64,000 bases of DNA, taken from the NCBI GenBank assembly GCA_963668625.2, contig CAXXKA010000008.1, positions 1,334,154 through 1,398,153 of the forward strand, read 5' to 3'. The notes under the pieces are model-generated. The model was not told where the DNA came from and searched no databases. It worked only from the letters and a program-made list of their open reading frames with translations. This stretch comes from an uncultured candidate division Zixibacteria bacterium (GTDB lineage Bacteria > Zixibacteria > MSB-5A5 > UBA10806 > 4484-95). How positions within the stretch are numbered: position 1 is the first letter of the stretch; each line of letters begins with the position of its first letter. The position numbers and the translations under genes are program-made. Below, in pieces: positions 17,948 to 30,067 of this stretch.

Positions 17948-20131
17948 CTAGCTTTGCGAGACAAGGCTGTTTAATTTTTCTATGATCTTACGAGCCGCTA
18001 CCGGTATCACCGTGCCGGGTCCGAATATCGCGGCGGCGCCGTTTTGTTCGAGGAACGGGTAATCCTTGGGCGGTATCACACCGCCGATTACCACCATTAT
18101 ATCATCCCGGCCCTGGCTTTTCAACTGCTCGACGAGCTGCGGCAGAAGAGTCTTGTGTCCTCCGGCCAGCGAACTCATGCCGACGATGTGAACATCATTT
18201 TCCACCGCGTGACGGGCTGTTTCCTCGGGCGTCTCGAACAGCGGTCCGATATCGACATCGAAACCCAAATCGGCAAATGCCGTGGCGATTACTTTCGCGC
18301 CCCGGTCGTGACCGTCCTGGCCGATTTTGGCGATCATGATACGCGGCCGCCTGCCGTTATTTGTCTCGAACTCATCGGCCCGTTCGCGAACATCACTGAC
18401 AAGCTCGCTTTCGCCGAACTCAGAGCCGTAAACTCCTGAGATCGAACGAATAATCGCTTTGTGACGACCGAATACTTTCTCCATCGCGAACGATATCTCC
18501 CCCAGCGAGGCTTTAACACGAGCGGCTTTGATAGACAGCTCTAGCAGGTTGCCTTCGCCACCATCGGCACATTTCGTGATTGCCTCCAACGCCTGCTGAA
18601 CGTCGTCCTCGTTGCGTTCGGCGCGAAGTTTCGCCAGACGTTTCAACTGGTTGTTGCGCACCTCGGAGTTATCGACATCGAGCGTCTCGATCGGGTCTTC
18701 GTGATCGAGCACGTATTTATTGGTGCCGACTATAATCTCCTTACCAGAATCGATCCTCGCCTGGCGGCGAGCGGCGGCCTCTTCGATTCGCATCTTGGGC
18801 AGGCCGGTATCGATAGCCTTGGCCATACCGCCTAAGCCCTCTACCTCCAGTATATGTTTCCAAGCTTTGGTAAGTAACGAGTCGGTCAGGTATTCGACAT
18901 AGTACGAGCCACCCCAGGGATCGATTACATTACAGATTCCGGTTTCATGTTGAAGGTATAACTGCGTGTTACGGGCTATACGCGCCGAGAAATCAGTCGG
19001 CAAGGCGATTGCCTCATCGAGAGAGTTGGTGTGAAGAGATTGCGTATGTCCCAATACGGCGGCCATTGCCTCTATACAGGTGCGAGATATGTTGTTGAAC
19101 GGGTCCTGCTCGGTAAGGCTCCAGCCGGAAGTTTGCGAATGAGTTCGTAATGCCATCGATTTCGGATTTTGCGGGTCGAACTGCTTTATCATTTTCGCCC
19201 AGATAAGGCGAGCGGCGCGCATCTTGGCTATCTCCATGAAATAGTTCATGCCTATTCCCCAGAAAAACGATAGACGCGGAGCGAAATCATCGATTTTGAT
19301 TCCCGAATCCAATCCGGTACGAACATACTGCAAACCGTCGGCCAGGGTGTACGCCATCTCCAGGTCGGCGGTGGCGCCGGCCTCTTGCATATGGTAACCG
19401 GAGATACTGATGCTGTTGAATTTCGGCATGTTTTGCGAGGTGAAGTTGAATATATCGGCGATGATTTTCATCGAGTGTTCGGGGGGATAGATATACGTAT
19501 TACGCACCATGTATTCTTTCAGGATATCGTTTTGAATCGTACCGGTAAGCTGCTCCAGTTTCACGCCCTGCTGTTCGGCGGCCACTATGTAGAACGCCAT
19601 TACCGGTAGCACCGCGCCGTTCATCGTCATCGATACTGACATTTTATCGAGCGGAATGCCGTCGAAAAGAATGTTCATATCGAGTATGGAGTCGACCGCT
19701 ACACCGGCCATGCCGACATCCCCGACAACGCGCGGGTGATCCGAATCGTAGCCGCGATGCGTTGCCAGGTCGAAAGCTATCGACAAACCACGTTGGCCGG
19801 CGGCCAGGTTTCGACGATAAAAAGCGTTGCTCTCCTCGGCGGTAGAGAAACCGGCGTACTGGCGGATAGTCCAGGGTCGGGTTACGTACATGGTTGCGTA
19901 TGGCCCGCGTAAAAACGGCGGAATGCCGGCGGTGTAATCCAGATGTTTCGCCGAGGCTATATCATCTGAGGTGCACAGTGGCTGGACATCGATTTGCTCG
20001 TTGGTATGCCAGGTAAGGGCATCGGGTTTTACGCCGCTCTGTTTTTCGACCTCGGCCAGCCATTTGCCTTTCTCACTGCCGGAAATAACCGGAGCAAAAT
20101 CTATATTTGAGAAATCCGGAATGTTACTCAT
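17948..20131 (-). CDS. mutB: Methylmalonyl-CoA mutase large (catalytic) subunit
   Basis: [33 protein letters not shown] and the B12-binding motif DGHDRG...SSLAGGH. Confidence 0.95.
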   Translation of the reverse strand: MSNIPDFSNIDFAPVISGSEKGKWLAEVEKQSGVKPDALTWHTNEQIDVQPLCTSDDIASAKHLDYTAGIPPFLRGPYATMYVTRPWTIRQYAGFSTAEESNAFYRRNLAAGQRGLSIAFDLATHRGYDSDHPRVVGDVGMAGVAVDSILDMNILFDGIPLDKMSVSMTMNGAVLPVMAFYIVAAEQQGVKLEQLTGTIQNDILKEYMVRNTYIYPPEHSMKIIADIFNFTSQNMPKFNSISISGYHMQEAGATADLEMAYTLADGLQYVRTGLDSGIKIDDFAPRLSFFWGIGMNYFMEIAKMRAARLIWAKMIKQFDPQNPKSMALRTHSQTSGWSLTEQDPFNNISRTCIEAMAAVLGHTQSLHTNSLDEAIALPTDFSARIARNTQLYLQHETGICNVIDPWGGSYYVEYLTDSLLTKAWKHILEVEGLGGMAKAIDTGLPKMRIEEAAARRQARIDSGKEIIVGTNKYVLDHEDPIETLDVDNSEVRNNQLKRLAKLRAERNEDDVQQALEAITKCADGGEGNLLELSIKAARVKASLGEISFAMEKVFGRHKAIIRSISGVYGSEFGESELVSDVRERADEFETNNGRRPRIMIAKIGQDGHDRGAKVIATAFADLGFDVDIGPLFETPEETARHAVENDVHIVGMSSLAGGHKTLLPQLVEQLKSQGRDDIMVVIGGVIPPKDYPFLEQNGAAAIFGPGTVIPVAARKIIEKLNSLVSQS

Positions 20132-22293
20132 GATCTTACCCCAATCTTTTTCGAGAGCTTAACCAGCATTTCATATACGTTAGCTCCCATATATATGAAC
20201 TCATCGATACCTGCTTTTCGATATTCCTCTATTTTGTCTTTAGGATACCCGGCAAGTACGAGTGTCGTATCCGAGTTGATTTTTTTCATTGATTCACAAA
20301 ATGACGGTACTATTTCCTGATAGCTGTCATCGGAGGAGCAGAGAACGACAATGGGCGATTTAGATATGTTAATTTCATCAGCGGCCCCGTCGTTATCTTT
20401 CACGGCCAGTGTTTCCGTTTTAAAACCACCTGCCTGGAAAAAGCCCGCCGAGAAATCCTCACGCGCTTTGTATTCCGAGAGCCGACCGAAACAGGCCAGG
20501 GTTACTTTAATGGGAATTCCGGTTTCGGATTCGTATCTCTCGACCGAGCCACGCAGCACCTCGAATAACTCCGGTCCGCGGTGTATACGAAGCGGGTAGA
20601 TCGTTATGCCTTTGCTTACATTCTTTCGGATCGTTTTAGCTATTTCGCCCAGGGTAGCTCCCGAAGCGGCGGCATCGATGGCTTTCTCGACGAAGTTGTT
20701 ATCCTCTCCTGATACGGATTCGTAAAGCCTCTCTATGGACTCGGATTTGTTATCCTTGTCGATTGAATTTCTGAATGATTCGATCTCCCGGTTTCGTTGT
20801 TCGTATATCGCGGCGTAATCTGGAGTTTGTCTCTCTGACGGTTTTTCGGCAAGATTGGCGTGCATATTCGTGCCCACGAACACGTCCTTGCGGCGAGCAA
20901 TGTTACTCAGGCGTTGATTATTTATTTCCTCGATTCGCTTCTGCGGAACACCTGATATTAATGCTTCGATTATACCTCCGGATTTTTCGATCTCGCGGAA
21001 ACTGTCCCAGGCCTTATTAGCCAGCATTCCGGTGAGATTTTCCAGGTACCACGAACCACCCGCAGGATCGATTATCTTGTCCAGGTGAGATTCCTCTTTC
21101 AGGATAATCTGAATACTCCTGGCGATACGTCTCGAAAACTCGTCGGGTTGTTTGTAGGTGTCATCGAAAAAGCCAACATGAAGGCTATCGCAGCCGCCTG
21201 CTACCGCCGAGAACGCCTCGGTGGTGGCTCTCAGCAAGTTTACGTAGGGATCGTAAGTTGATTTGTTATAGAACGAGGTTTTAGAATGAATTGTCATTTT
21301 CTGGGCCGTTTCGTCGCCACCACAATCATGAATCACTTTAGACCAGAGCATTCTTGCAGCGCGAAACTTGGCTATCTCGGTGAAGAAATTCGAACCGACA
21401 GAGTAAATGAACACCATCTGTTTGGCGGTTTCATTAATCGGTATATCTCGTTTTTCCATTTGGCGAAGATACTCGACACCGGTGGCCATCGAGTATGCCA
21501 GTTCCTCAACCGCACTGCCGCCACTGTTGTGATAAATACTGGCATCGATCGCAACCGTTCTTACTTTCAAACTATTCGAATCGAGCCAATTGACAATCCG
21601 GGCCATCTCATTCAGCGCCGTCTCGATATCGATTGGCAGTTCACCCAGCGCGGCTAACTCACCGATCGGGTCGGCTTTGATACTGCCCGATAAATCATCG
21701 AATCCGTATTTATGCCTTTTCATATATCCGAAAAGCAACGACAACAGGGGAAGCGATGAAGCTCCCGCCTGTAAATGAATCGGAGTGGCTTTGATATCTA
21801 TGCCGGTTAACAACTTCTCGATATCCTCAACAGTTGCGATAGATGTGCCATTTCTACCGACCTCACCGTTTTCGGCGGTGTCGGGATCGACGAATCTACG
21901 GGAGGCTTTATCCAGCTTTATCGAAATCGCTGTTTGGCCGGCGTTAAGGTCCTTTACGAGTGCGGTGTTTATCGATTCAACGGTAGGGTACGGCAATTTC
22001 TGGGAGATATCCCAGGGTTTGATATTATAGCCCGCCGTCTCGGCCGAACGGGTAAACGGCGGCTGCCCGGGGATAGAATCGACAAACGCCAAGTTTTTAA
22101 CATCTTCCCGTCGGTAGATAGGTTGAAGTTCTAACCCTTCATAGGTTTTCGTAATCATTTTCTTCTCGAACGACGCGCCTTTCAGAAGCCTTTCCACTTC
22201 GGCTTTCCATGCCTTTAAAGAGGCTCCGCGAAATTCATCGAAATCGAGGATGGAATCTGATTTACTGGTTATATTTGAATGGTTTTCACTCAT
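20128..22293 (-). CDS. mutA: Methylmalonyl-CoA mutase small subunit
   Basis: Paralogue of mutB ([31 protein letters not shown]) lacking DxHxxG. Its stop overlaps the mutB start (ATGA). Confidence 0.9.
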   Translation of the reverse strand: MSENHSNITSKSDSILDFDEFRGASLKAWKAEVERLLKGASFEKKMITKTYEGLELQPIYRREDVKNLAFVDSIPGQPPFTRSAETAGYNIKPWDISQKLPYPTVESINTALVKDLNAGQTAISIKLDKASRRFVDPDTAENGEVGRNGTSIATVEDIEKLLTGIDIKATPIHLQAGASSLPLLSLLFGYMKRHKYGFDDLSGSIKADPIGELAALGELPIDIETALNEMARIVNWLDSNSLKVRTVAIDASIYHNSGGSAVEELAYSMATGVEYLRQMEKRDIPINETAKQMVFIYSVGSNFFTEIAKFRAARMLWSKVIHDCGGDETAQKMTIHSKTSFYNKSTYDPYVNLLRATTEAFSAVAGGCDSLHVGFFDDTYKQPDEFSRRIARSIQIILKEESHLDKIIDPAGGSWYLENLTGMLANKAWDSFREIEKSGGIIEALISGVPQKRIEEINNQRLSNIARRKDVFVGTNMHANLAEKPSERQTPDYAAIYEQRNREIESFRNSIDKDNKSESIERLYESVSGEDNNFVEKAIDAAASGATLGEIAKTIRKNVSKGITIYPLRIHRGPELFEVLRGSVERYESETGIPIKVTLACFGRLSEYKAREDFSAGFFQAGGFKTETLAVKDNDGAADEINISKSPIVVLCSSDDSYQEIVPSFCESMKKINSDTTLVLAGYPKDKIEEYRKAGIDEFIYMGANVYEMLVKLSKKIGVRS

Positions 22294-22624
22294 GAAAAAA
22301 TCTCCTTTTTACGCCCATCATATACCGGGCTTGTCGGGAATCTATCGTAAAGATTCGGCCAATACAAGGAATTTATCTGCAATAAACTTAAGAATATTCA
22401 ATGAGTTCCATGAGTTATAACCATTAATATAAGTATATTTCAAAATACACGATCAGATAGAATTCATACTGCACTTTTATAACTGACTACACTAGTGTCC
22501 GGTGTTTTTCGTTAAATTTTAAATTTCTCCTTGGAATTGTTAATGAAAAATATTTTCCGATATAATTATTTTATTCAGCGTATCATTCATCCTGACATAT
22601 CCTGCCGATGTTAGGCTTGGTTTT

Positions 22625-22722
22625 CTGGTTTCCAAGCGCTGCTTGGAAACCTTCTTGAATCATGTAGAATGCGCATTCTGCCGGCAAACAAGCCACGTTG
22701 CGAAGCAGCGCTTCGCAACGAG
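22625..22722. repeat. Inverted pair of REP-like hairpins
   Basis: GGTTTCCAAGC-GCT-GCTTGGAAACC (22627-22651) and CGTTGCGAAGC-AGC-GCTTCGCAACGAG (22696-22722). Same architecture as the ...GGAACGAG repeats at 14.3-14.5 kb. Confidence 0.55.
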
Positions 22723-22823
22723 ATGAAAAGACCGGACAGTAGTGAACTGACTAATATGTTAACAACTAGGGATCAGCGATATTAACTTGTTGATTATTAA
22801 TGTCTTGCATCATACCGCACATG

Positions 22824-22854
22824 AAAAAGCAGGCCACATATCAATATGGCCTGC
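22824..22854 (-). terminator. Terminator after the C25 protease gene
   Basis: GCAGGCCA...TGGCCTGC stem followed by TTTTT on the minus strand. Confidence 0.65.
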
Positions 22855-22901
22855 CGAAATTTTAATTTCACGTTTATACTTTAATATCTTTAATACACGA
22901 C

Positions 22902-25901
22902 CTATTCACAGCCGGGCCAGTATGAGGGCATCTCAGTCGGGCAATCATCAGGATTAAGCCAGAGCGGCAGGTGGGATTCGCAATACTCGAGTTGCCCGAT
23001 CCCACGGAAATAGTTAACCAGCTTGGTGACATCGCCACCGATTACCCGGCAGTCTCCATTGGCATCGGCCGAGGCCCAGAAACCATCGAAATAGCAAGGT
23101 GATGAGGTCGAAAATCCTCTGAAAAAGCCAACCAGATATGTGACATCGCTACCAAGCACCTCGGGTGGCCAGCCACCGGCATGCATGTTTGCATCGCCAG
23201 GCATATACGCGAAACCCGGCTCAGTACAATCGAACATACTTACGCTGAAAGCATCGATGCCCGCCTCAACGACCGAGCCCGCGCCTAAATCGGAGGCGAC
23301 AAACTGTAACCGCACGGAAGCGGAGGGGTGAATATACTGATCGACCTCGTACGAGAACATCTGCCAGCCATTCAAACTCGATGGCCCTATCGAGTCAACG
23401 AACGTCCAGGAGGCGCCATCATTATTAGAAATATTTACGATAAAGTAATCATCACCGGGATTGTCTCCTGTGTTGTTCGTATACCAGAGCGCAAACGATA
23501 CGATGGCATCGCCTCCGCTCATATCGAATGCAGGTGACTCGAGATACGTCGAACCGCCGTCGACATCCGAATTACCATCTACATTGTCGGTAAGATAGCA
23601 ATAACCGGAACCGTCGTAATCGGTCGGCGGATCACCTCTTTCACCTCCGCCTGCAGGAATCGCCCGTTCCCAATGGCCATCGGCAGCATCGCCCGTTACA
23701 CTCCATCCCTGGTCGCTATTGAAATCATCCTCGGCAATCAAAAGCAATGTGCCAACATCGGCGGAGAAATACCATTCGGGGGCGTTAGGCGGATCGATTA
23801 CGGTGGAACCGGCGTCCCCCTGGGCGCTGAAATAGAACTGAGGGGTGCTCTCGCATAGTGATCCGGGAAGTGAAACTAAATACATATCATCCTGTTGATG
23901 GTTCAAGGCTATGGGACTAAACTCATCTTCGTCATTTAATCGGTAGTACATCATGCCGGTGCCCGGGACATAATTTTCGCTACGTTCTATTATCTGAACC
24001 GTAATCGAAACATCCACGCCGGGGTCGACAAGCTCGGGCAAGCCGTTCGGGTAATCGATAGTCAACGGACGTTGCACTACCGTTCCCATGCTCAAATCGG
24101 GGTTACCCCAGAGAGCTCCCCATTCACAGAACTCGTACGAATCGTAATCCCACAGATTGTAAGTGTACATATCTCGCAGAGCCTGGGCATGTGCCTGGCC
24201 AACCGTATAGTCGCCGGAGGTAACGTACGTAGTGAAAAAGTAATCCAGTGACTGGCTCGAACCATCATATGGCCCCGACCAGCCGGGGCAACCCATAGCA
24301 ACTTTAGTGGCGCCCACGAAAGCTACGCCACCCTGCTGCATCATCGACTGCCCGATATTAAGTACATCGGTGTCCGAGTTGCTGCAGGCATCGGCAAAGA
24401 TAATTGCCGGATAATCATCATTTAGGCTGGCGCAGTTTGCCGAGGATATGAAAGCTTCGCCGGAACCATGAAGAATATGGCTGGAGGTAGGCGAACCATG
24501 CCCAGCCCAGTTTACGAAAGCATACGAGCCTGAGGACCAGACCGAAACGGCATTGGAGTTGTTTAAGTTATAATCCATAGGATAGGAGGAATAACCCTGT
24601 TCATAGAGACGGGTTTTCGTCCAATCTGTCATCCAATCCTGATTTATTTTAGTCTCCATCAGTACCGCGTTATCAGTTACCGGGTCATCCCAGAAATATG
24701 CGCCCAGAAGGAGAATGTTTTTCTTGAATGAGATTTCCTCGTTCAATTCATATGCTACTGATTTCTCACAGATATGCTGTACTATACTCGGTTCGCTCCA
24801 GGGAATACGACCGACATTGATCTCGGCGTAGAAATCTACATTATCACCGTAATCCTCGCAATACTGATGATCGCCGTCGGCGTCCCAGGATAGGTTGTCC
24901 GGTGACGAAAGCTCGGAGTAGTAGAAATCGGTTTCTGGTTCGCCATAGCCCAGGTCGATGCTAACTCGACGCATCGGGACATCATCATAATGACCGATTA
25001 TGAGCACGTCCTCGATTCCCCACTCGGAGGATGGGTATTTATCTAACAGGAAATTCCTCATCCTGGCCGCCAGGTCATAACCGGTGTAATTGGCGGTAAT
25101 CCACGATGTGGTGACTACGTTAACGATCCGGCCTTTGGTCTGCTCCCAGGAAACCAGTGTATCGATGTAGGGTTCGAGACTGGTTGTCGTGATTATGACC
25201 ATATCGAATAAGTCTTTGCTATCAGAGGAGAATTGGGGGTACCAGGAGTAGGCGGCGTTGTAGTTTAATATCAATTTCTCGGCAATCGCCTCGGTATTTT
25301 CCAGATGGTCGATAATTACCCTCTCGTTCTTGGTGGAGGGCTTTAGTTTGATCGATACGGTGATATCGGGATAGAAATATACTTCCCCCGAAACCGGGTT
25401 ATACTGAAAAGGAGTAACCATGACATCAACGAGATTGTACTTGCGGTAAGCGGCTGATCTTACGTATTCCACCGGTTCGGCAGGGTGTAAAGAATTACTC
25501 TTATATACCAGGTTATAGCTGGAATCATAGAGGGCTTTATCCTTCGCGTAAAGCGTCAGGTTCTCATTCCCGATTACTCTGTTTAACGGCGTGGGCACGA
25601 TATCGTATGTTCCGGCCAGTTTTACCGGTTCGCCCAATTCGTATTCTATACCGTCGTACTCCGCGCCGGGCGGTATAGCGATGGCGAATTTACGTGAGGG
25701 CAGTTTCGGTTTACCGGGTATGGAGGTATACCCGTAATCATCAAGACTTATTTTCTGCCCGTTCTCGATTGATGAAATATCATAGTTGCCGGTCGGAATA
25801 TTAACCGTAACGCTGTTAAAATCCTCCCCGGCAAATGAAACCGGCATCGATAACATCAAAACTATTAAAATTGCAGCTAAACAATACCTACTCGTAATCA
25901 T
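22902..25901 (-). CDS. Secreted C25 (gingipain-family) cysteine peptidase with propeptide, jelly-roll domain and dockerin-like C-terminus
   Basis: Signal peptide and propeptide (PGKPKLP, VTPFQYNP). Catalytic region with NVGRIP, His motif WAGHGS, Cys motif FADACS and WGNP. Tail contains PGDAN...DVTYLV and DANGDC...DVTKLVNY. Confidence 0.85.
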   Translation of the reverse strand: MITSRYCLAAILIVLMLSMPVSFAGEDFNSVTVNIPTGNYDISSIENGQKISLDDYGYTSIPGKPKLPSRKFAIAIPPGAEYDGIEYELGEPVKLAGTYDIVPTPLNRVIGNENLTLYAKDKALYDSSYNLVYKSNSLHPAEPVEYVRSAAYRKYNLVDVMVTPFQYNPVSGEVYFYPDITVSIKLKPSTKNERVIIDHLENTEAIAEKLILNYNAAYSWYPQFSSDSKDLFDMVIITTTSLEPYIDTLVSWEQTKGRIVNVVTTSWITANYTGYDLAARMRNFLLDKYPSSEWGIEDVLIIGHYDDVPMRRVSIDLGYGEPETDFYYSELSSPDNLSWDADGDHQYCEDYGDNVDFYAEINVGRIPWSEPSIVQHICEKSVAYELNEEISFKKNILLLGAYFWDDPVTDNAVLMETKINQDWMTDWTKTRLYEQGYSSYPMDYNLNNSNAVSVWSSGSYAFVNWAGHGSPTSSHILHGSGEAFISSANCASLNDDYPAIIFADACSNSDTDVLNIGQSMMQQGGVAFVGATKVAMGCPGWSGPYDGSSQSLDYFFTTYVTSGDYTVGQAHAQALRDMYTYNLWDYDSYEFCEWGALWGNPDLSMGTVVQRPLTIDYPNGLPELVDPGVDVSITVQIIERSENYVPGTGMMYYRLNDEDEFSPIALNHQQDDMYLVSLPGSLCESTPQFYFSAQGDAGSTVIDPPNAPEWYFSADVGTLLLIAEDDFNSDQGWSVTGDAADGHWERAIPAGGGERGDPPTDYDGSGYCYLTDNVDGNSDVDGGSTYLESPAFDMSGGDAIVSFALWYTNNTGDNPGDDYFIVNISNNDGASWTFVDSIGPSSLNGWQMFSYEVDQYIHPSASVRLQFVASDLGAGSVVEAGIDAFSVSMFDCTEPGFAYMPGDANMHAGGWPPEVLGSDVTYLVGFFRGFSTSSPCYFDGFWASADANGDCRVIGGDVTKLVNYFRGIGQLEYCESHLPLWLNPDDCPTEMPSYWPGCE

Positions 25902-26195
25902 TTTGCAACTCCTTTAAGATACACCTCGGTTTTCATATACATAGTTGTAAGGCAGTTCATCATAGCTTTAATCTTACTGTGTAATAATTCAGCAGGACTG
26001 TTAAAATTTAATATAATGAGACGAATAACGCAATGATAATCTGATATAATTGGGATTTGAAAATAGAATCAGAATGACTACGGTTATTACGATAAATCAG
26101 TATTCTGTGAATAGTATTTCCCATAAGTTGGAATAGGTCTGATTGGAGTTGATGTTTTCCCTTGCGAATTCGGGCCTTATTTGTATAATGGCGTA

Positions 26196-27464
26196 ATGAT
26201 TACCGCTGCAAGACGCACTTTTTTGAATATCTCCTCGTTTCAGGTACTGATCATGTTCCGCCGGGGACTTTTTTATAGCTACCTGTCTATATATCTCAGG
26301 TTTTTCCTGGGGCTAAGTGTCACCGAGACAACGCTGTTCGGTACTTTGCCAATGATAGTAAACGTGCTAACCCAGACATTCATCTGGGGAAATGTCTCCG
26401 ATAGATTCCAGCTTCGCAGGACACTGATTATCATAGGTGAGATAGCCGCTGCGATTATTACCGTGGCGGTATGGTATGTGCATACTATCCCGGATTCCAA
26501 GACAGCGGCAGGCTATGTGCTTATAATCGGGCTTTCGATAGTGGAGATATTCTGGTCGATGTCCAACGTTGGCTGGAGCGCTCTTCTCTCCGATCTATAT
26601 CCCGCCGAGGAGCGAACCGGCTTGCAAGGGAAACTCCAGAGCGCCGGTGCATTCGGACGTTTTATCGGGATACTGGTCGGCGGGTTACTGTATGACGGTT
26701 TCGCCCGGTATTACGAGGGTTGGGGATTCGAGGAAGGTGTCTTGTTTTTCATAGCCGGCGGGGTTATGATGATATCCACCATTCCGATGCTTTTCGTGCC
26801 GGAGGGGGGAGTTAAAGCGGAGGAGCGCGAGTCTACCCAGAATGCCTCGATCCCGAAAGGCGGTAGATTCGATATCTCTAAAAAGTATCTTTTCTTTCTC
26901 ATCTCCATGATTTTCCTGTTCTTCGGATTTAACTCGATAGTGTTTATCAAACCTCAATACTTGTCTCTGGATCAGGGGTTTGATGTTTCGAGCACGACAT
27001 TAAGTTACATACTCAGCATGATGACATTGGCGATATTTCTCATCGGCCTGACAATAAAGAAACTTTCGGATCGATTCAGCGATGAGAAACTGCTAATTGC
27101 CGGAGCGCTGGCAACCCTGCTTTATCTTCTGGGGTATGCTTTTTCGGATGATATAAAATATATTTACGTCAGCGATTTCATGGGCGGTGTATCTATGGCA
27201 CTGATGTTCGCTACCGCCTACTCGTATGCCTCCAGGCTAATCCCACCGGAGAAACGGGGACGGCAATTTTCGCTGTTTAACGCCACCATGTTTTTAAGCT
27301 GGGGGGTACCGGGCACTTTCATCACCGGACCGTTCGTGGATTATATGATCGGCGCCGGTTACGATCAGGTCTATTCCTACCGCCTGTCTTTTTACCTGGC
27401 CACGATGCTGGTTATTATTGGCGCAATTATGCTTTTAGTCACATTTCGGTTAAAAGAAAAATAA
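26196..27464 (+). CDS. MFS transporter
   Basis: About 12 hydrophobic segments, motif A WGNVSDRFQLRR, SDLYPAEERTGLQG and LIPPEKRGRQF. Confidence 0.85.
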   Translation: MITAARRTFLNISSFQVLIMFRRGLFYSYLSIYLRFFLGLSVTETTLFGTLPMIVNVLTQTFIWGNVSDRFQLRRTLIIIGEIAAAIITVAVWYVHTIPDSKTAAGYVLIIGLSIVEIFWSMSNVGWSALLSDLYPAEERTGLQGKLQSAGAFGRFIGILVGGLLYDGFARYYEGWGFEEGVLFFIAGGVMMISTIPMLFVPEGGVKAEERESTQNASIPKGGRFDISKKYLFFLISMIFLFFGFNSIVFIKPQYLSLDQGFDVSSTTLSYILSMMTLAIFLIGLTIKKLSDRFSDEKLLIAGALATLLYLLGYAFSDDIKYIYVSDFMGGVSMALMFATAYSYASRLIPPEKRGRQFSLFNATMFLSWGVPGTFITGPFVDYMIGAGYDQVYSYRLSFYLATMLVIIGAIMLLVTFRLKEK

Positions 27465-27516
27465 GCTTCTATCATATCCTATCCTATCTATAAATGCCAC
27501 GGGCTATTCCGTTTGA

Positions 27517-28230
27517 TTGACTCTTTTGTATATGCAGATAGTTGATATTAGCAGCCCCGAGGAGCCGATGCTCCTGGGGAAATACCAGACCTCCGGCAGA
27601 ACGTTCCATGTGAAAGCCGATGACAGCTATGCTTATATAGCGGATGGTTATGCCGGTGGCTTCATCATTTTAGATATTTCCAATCCTGCGAATCCTGAGT
27701 TCGTCAGCGAACTTGATTTTAACGGAACGGCTAAAGAAGTAGATGTCCGGGATGATCACGCGTTTTTAATCGTCGGCAATATGATTTATATGATCGATAT
27801 CTCCAATCCCGAGGAGCCGGAATTAGCCGCGAGTTACGATACTCCGGGCTATCCCAATGCGCTGGTTGTGGATGGCAACTACATTTATGTCGCTGATTAT
27901 AGATCGATGCTGGTGTTATACTACGATCCCACGACAGGTGTAATCGATGAGCTTACGGAGCTGCCCGAGCAGATTTCGCTGGCTAGTAATTACCCAAACC
28001 CATTCAACAATTCGACCGTGATAAGCTATGAACTTCCCCGGGCGGGCATAGTAACACTTGATATTTACGATATCCTGGGACGTAAGATAACCAGCCTTGA
28101 AAATAGCTATAAACAGGCCGGTCAACACAGTGTGTTATGGCAGGCTGATGGTTTATCCTCCGGCGTATATCTTTACAGGCTCGAAACCGAAAGCGGCGTA
28201 GAGAATAATAGAATGATGCTGCTGAAATAA
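27517..28230 (+). pseudogene. N-terminally truncated LVIVD-repeat protein with T9SS-type/FlgD-like C-terminal domain
   Basis: About three LVIVD repeats (IVDISSPEEP, ILDISNPANP, MIDISNPEEP), then NYPNPFN...IYDILGRKI...LSSGVYLYRL...MMLLK. No signal peptide, and the frame begins mid-repeat. Confidence 0.6.
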
Positions 28231-28245
28231 GAAATCAGCAAAAAG

Positions 28246-29607
28246 TTAATATGGTTGCTCCTCTAATAACTGATTATAGGGGGGCAACCATTTACCGAAC
28301 AACGTAGCGTACATGATTCGGTATATATCAGTATTATCGAGATTATTCTTCAACAGGTGCGAGTTTAAACCGTGAGTGCGGGCGATAATCGACCCGGCTA
28401 AATCTCCCCCGGTAGCCCAGACAACACCGAACCGCAGGCTGACCCCGTTCTTATCCGGCGCGGCCGTAAACGGAATCGTGTTTTTGCCATCGATGCCATC
28501 AAGTGGCGCTCCATTTTTTCTGCTATCCGGCAACGGTATATTCCATTTATCCTCACTGATTATGGCATCAAGCTGCATTCCGCCGGCGTCACTATCTGCT
28601 GCCGTGATTACCAGCGTGTTATTCATACGGTCGGCATATTCCATGGCCACACCTATCGCTCGATCAGCCCTGTATAATGCCGCGAAAGTGCCTCTGGCAT
28701 TATTGGAGTTGCCGAAATTATCGGTGCCCTCCTCCTCGACAACCACTATGAACTGCTTGCCTTTGTAATCCAATATGCGAAGAGCGACCTCCAGCATCTC
28801 GGCAACCGAGGGAGCATCGGGCTGGAAATCTTGAAGTTTATGTTCGCGATTGTATTCCTCGGTGTGATCGTTGAAAGTGTGTTTGGCGGCAAACACGCCC
28901 AGCACTTTATCGGTGTTAGAGGGCAAAGCATTCATTTGCTCGCGGTTGTAGACTATCGTGTAACCAAGCTCGCGAGCTCTGTCGATCAGATTCTTACCGT
29001 CCTCCCGCCGGCCGGGTTCGCCGTGAAAGCCAATCTCGTCCTCGGGTATAAGTAGAATCTCGCCGCCGGAGAAAATAATATCGGTACCGCTTTCGATAAT
29101 CTGCTCGGATATCGGATCGGTTAACGTACGTTTTTTATGGCTTGCTACGAATACGCCGGTACCCGGTTCGCATATATGACCGCTGTTTATCAGGGCGGTG
29201 CTCATACCGGCTTTTCGCGCTTCAACCATTATGCTGTAATCTTTTCCCGAAAGTGATTTAACGGGTTTCTCCGGGGAGTTACCGAAGGTATCATAATTAA
29301 CCTTGACTCCATACGAATGAATGGTGGCTCCCGCGTGAGAACTGCTATTGGATGAGTTCAGGACATGAGAACGGTACAATCCCATATCGGTCATCCGTTC
29401 CCAGTTACTCATACTGTCGGGGCCGTACTTGTATATCCTGAGGCCCGCCCACATCGAGGGGCCGCTGCCATCGGGATGTATGAAAATTACGTTGCCTGTT
29501 TTTATCGTATTGTTAATACCATTGCCGTTTTGATCAGCTATTACCGCCTGAGCAATTGCGAACAAAACTAATGCGGCTGCTAAAATACCGATTCTAATGC
29601 TTATCAT
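28246..29607 (-). CDS. Secreted alkaline phosphatase family protein
   Basis: Start at ATG 29607 (GGAG RBS, signal peptide). Motifs NVIFIHPDG, SSSHAGAT (nucleophile region), GRREDGKNLI, APSVAEM, EEEGTDN and LDNTDIY. Confidence 0.8.
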   Translation of the reverse strand: MISIRIGILAAALVLFAIAQAVIADQNGNGINNTIKTGNVIFIHPDGSGPSMWAGLRIYKYGPDSMSNWERMTDMGLYRSHVLNSSNSSSHAGATIHSYGVKVNYDTFGNSPEKPVKSLSGKDYSIMVEARKAGMSTALINSGHICEPGTGVFVASHKKRTLTDPISEQIIESGTDIIFSGGEILLIPEDEIGFHGEPGRREDGKNLIDRARELGYTIVYNREQMNALPSNTDKVLGVFAAKHTFNDHTEEYNREHKLQDFQPDAPSVAEMLEVALRILDYKGKQFIVVVEEEGTDNFGNSNNARGTFAALYRADRAIGVAMEYADRMNNTLVITAADSDAGGMQLDAIISEDKWNIPLPDSRKNGAPLDGIDGKNTIPFTAAPDKNGVSLRFGVVWATGGDLAGSIIARTHGLNSHLLKNNLDNTDIYRIMYATLFGKWLPPYNQLLEEQPY

Positions 29608-30067
29608 ATTGACTCTCCAATCCCGCTTTTTACTTGTATTACGTATCAAGATAAATAGACTGGCTGCAATAAAAGCAAGAAAAATATCCATTCTAATATA
29701 AAGATAACTATAGCCGCATAAAAGAAATATCATACAATATGATTGACTGAATAGCGATGCTCCTGATTCGAATGAATTGATTGTGTAACGGCTCCTTGAA
29801 GTGGTCACTCACTAAAACCATTATTTACCGAGAGCGATCTCTAAAGAGGCCGCCCTTTCAGATTATTTTATTCCGGTATGAACCATATTTTTACTGATTC
29901 TTTGTAAATTAATAGATAAATGATTATATTATTTAGGTATAATTATTGCAAAGACTTAGCTTGCTTTTATTAAAGGTCAATACTATATTGAATTACTTCG
30001 TTTGAAAGAAGTGTTTAAAGTGTTGAAATATGGTTGGTAGTTTATCTTTTTAATTTTCGGAGGCAAA

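Noticed and set aside
29608-29808. 67-aa N-terminal extension of the alkaline phosphatase ORF
   Set aside because: AT-rich intergenic read-through; the RBS and signal peptide indicate a start at 29607.
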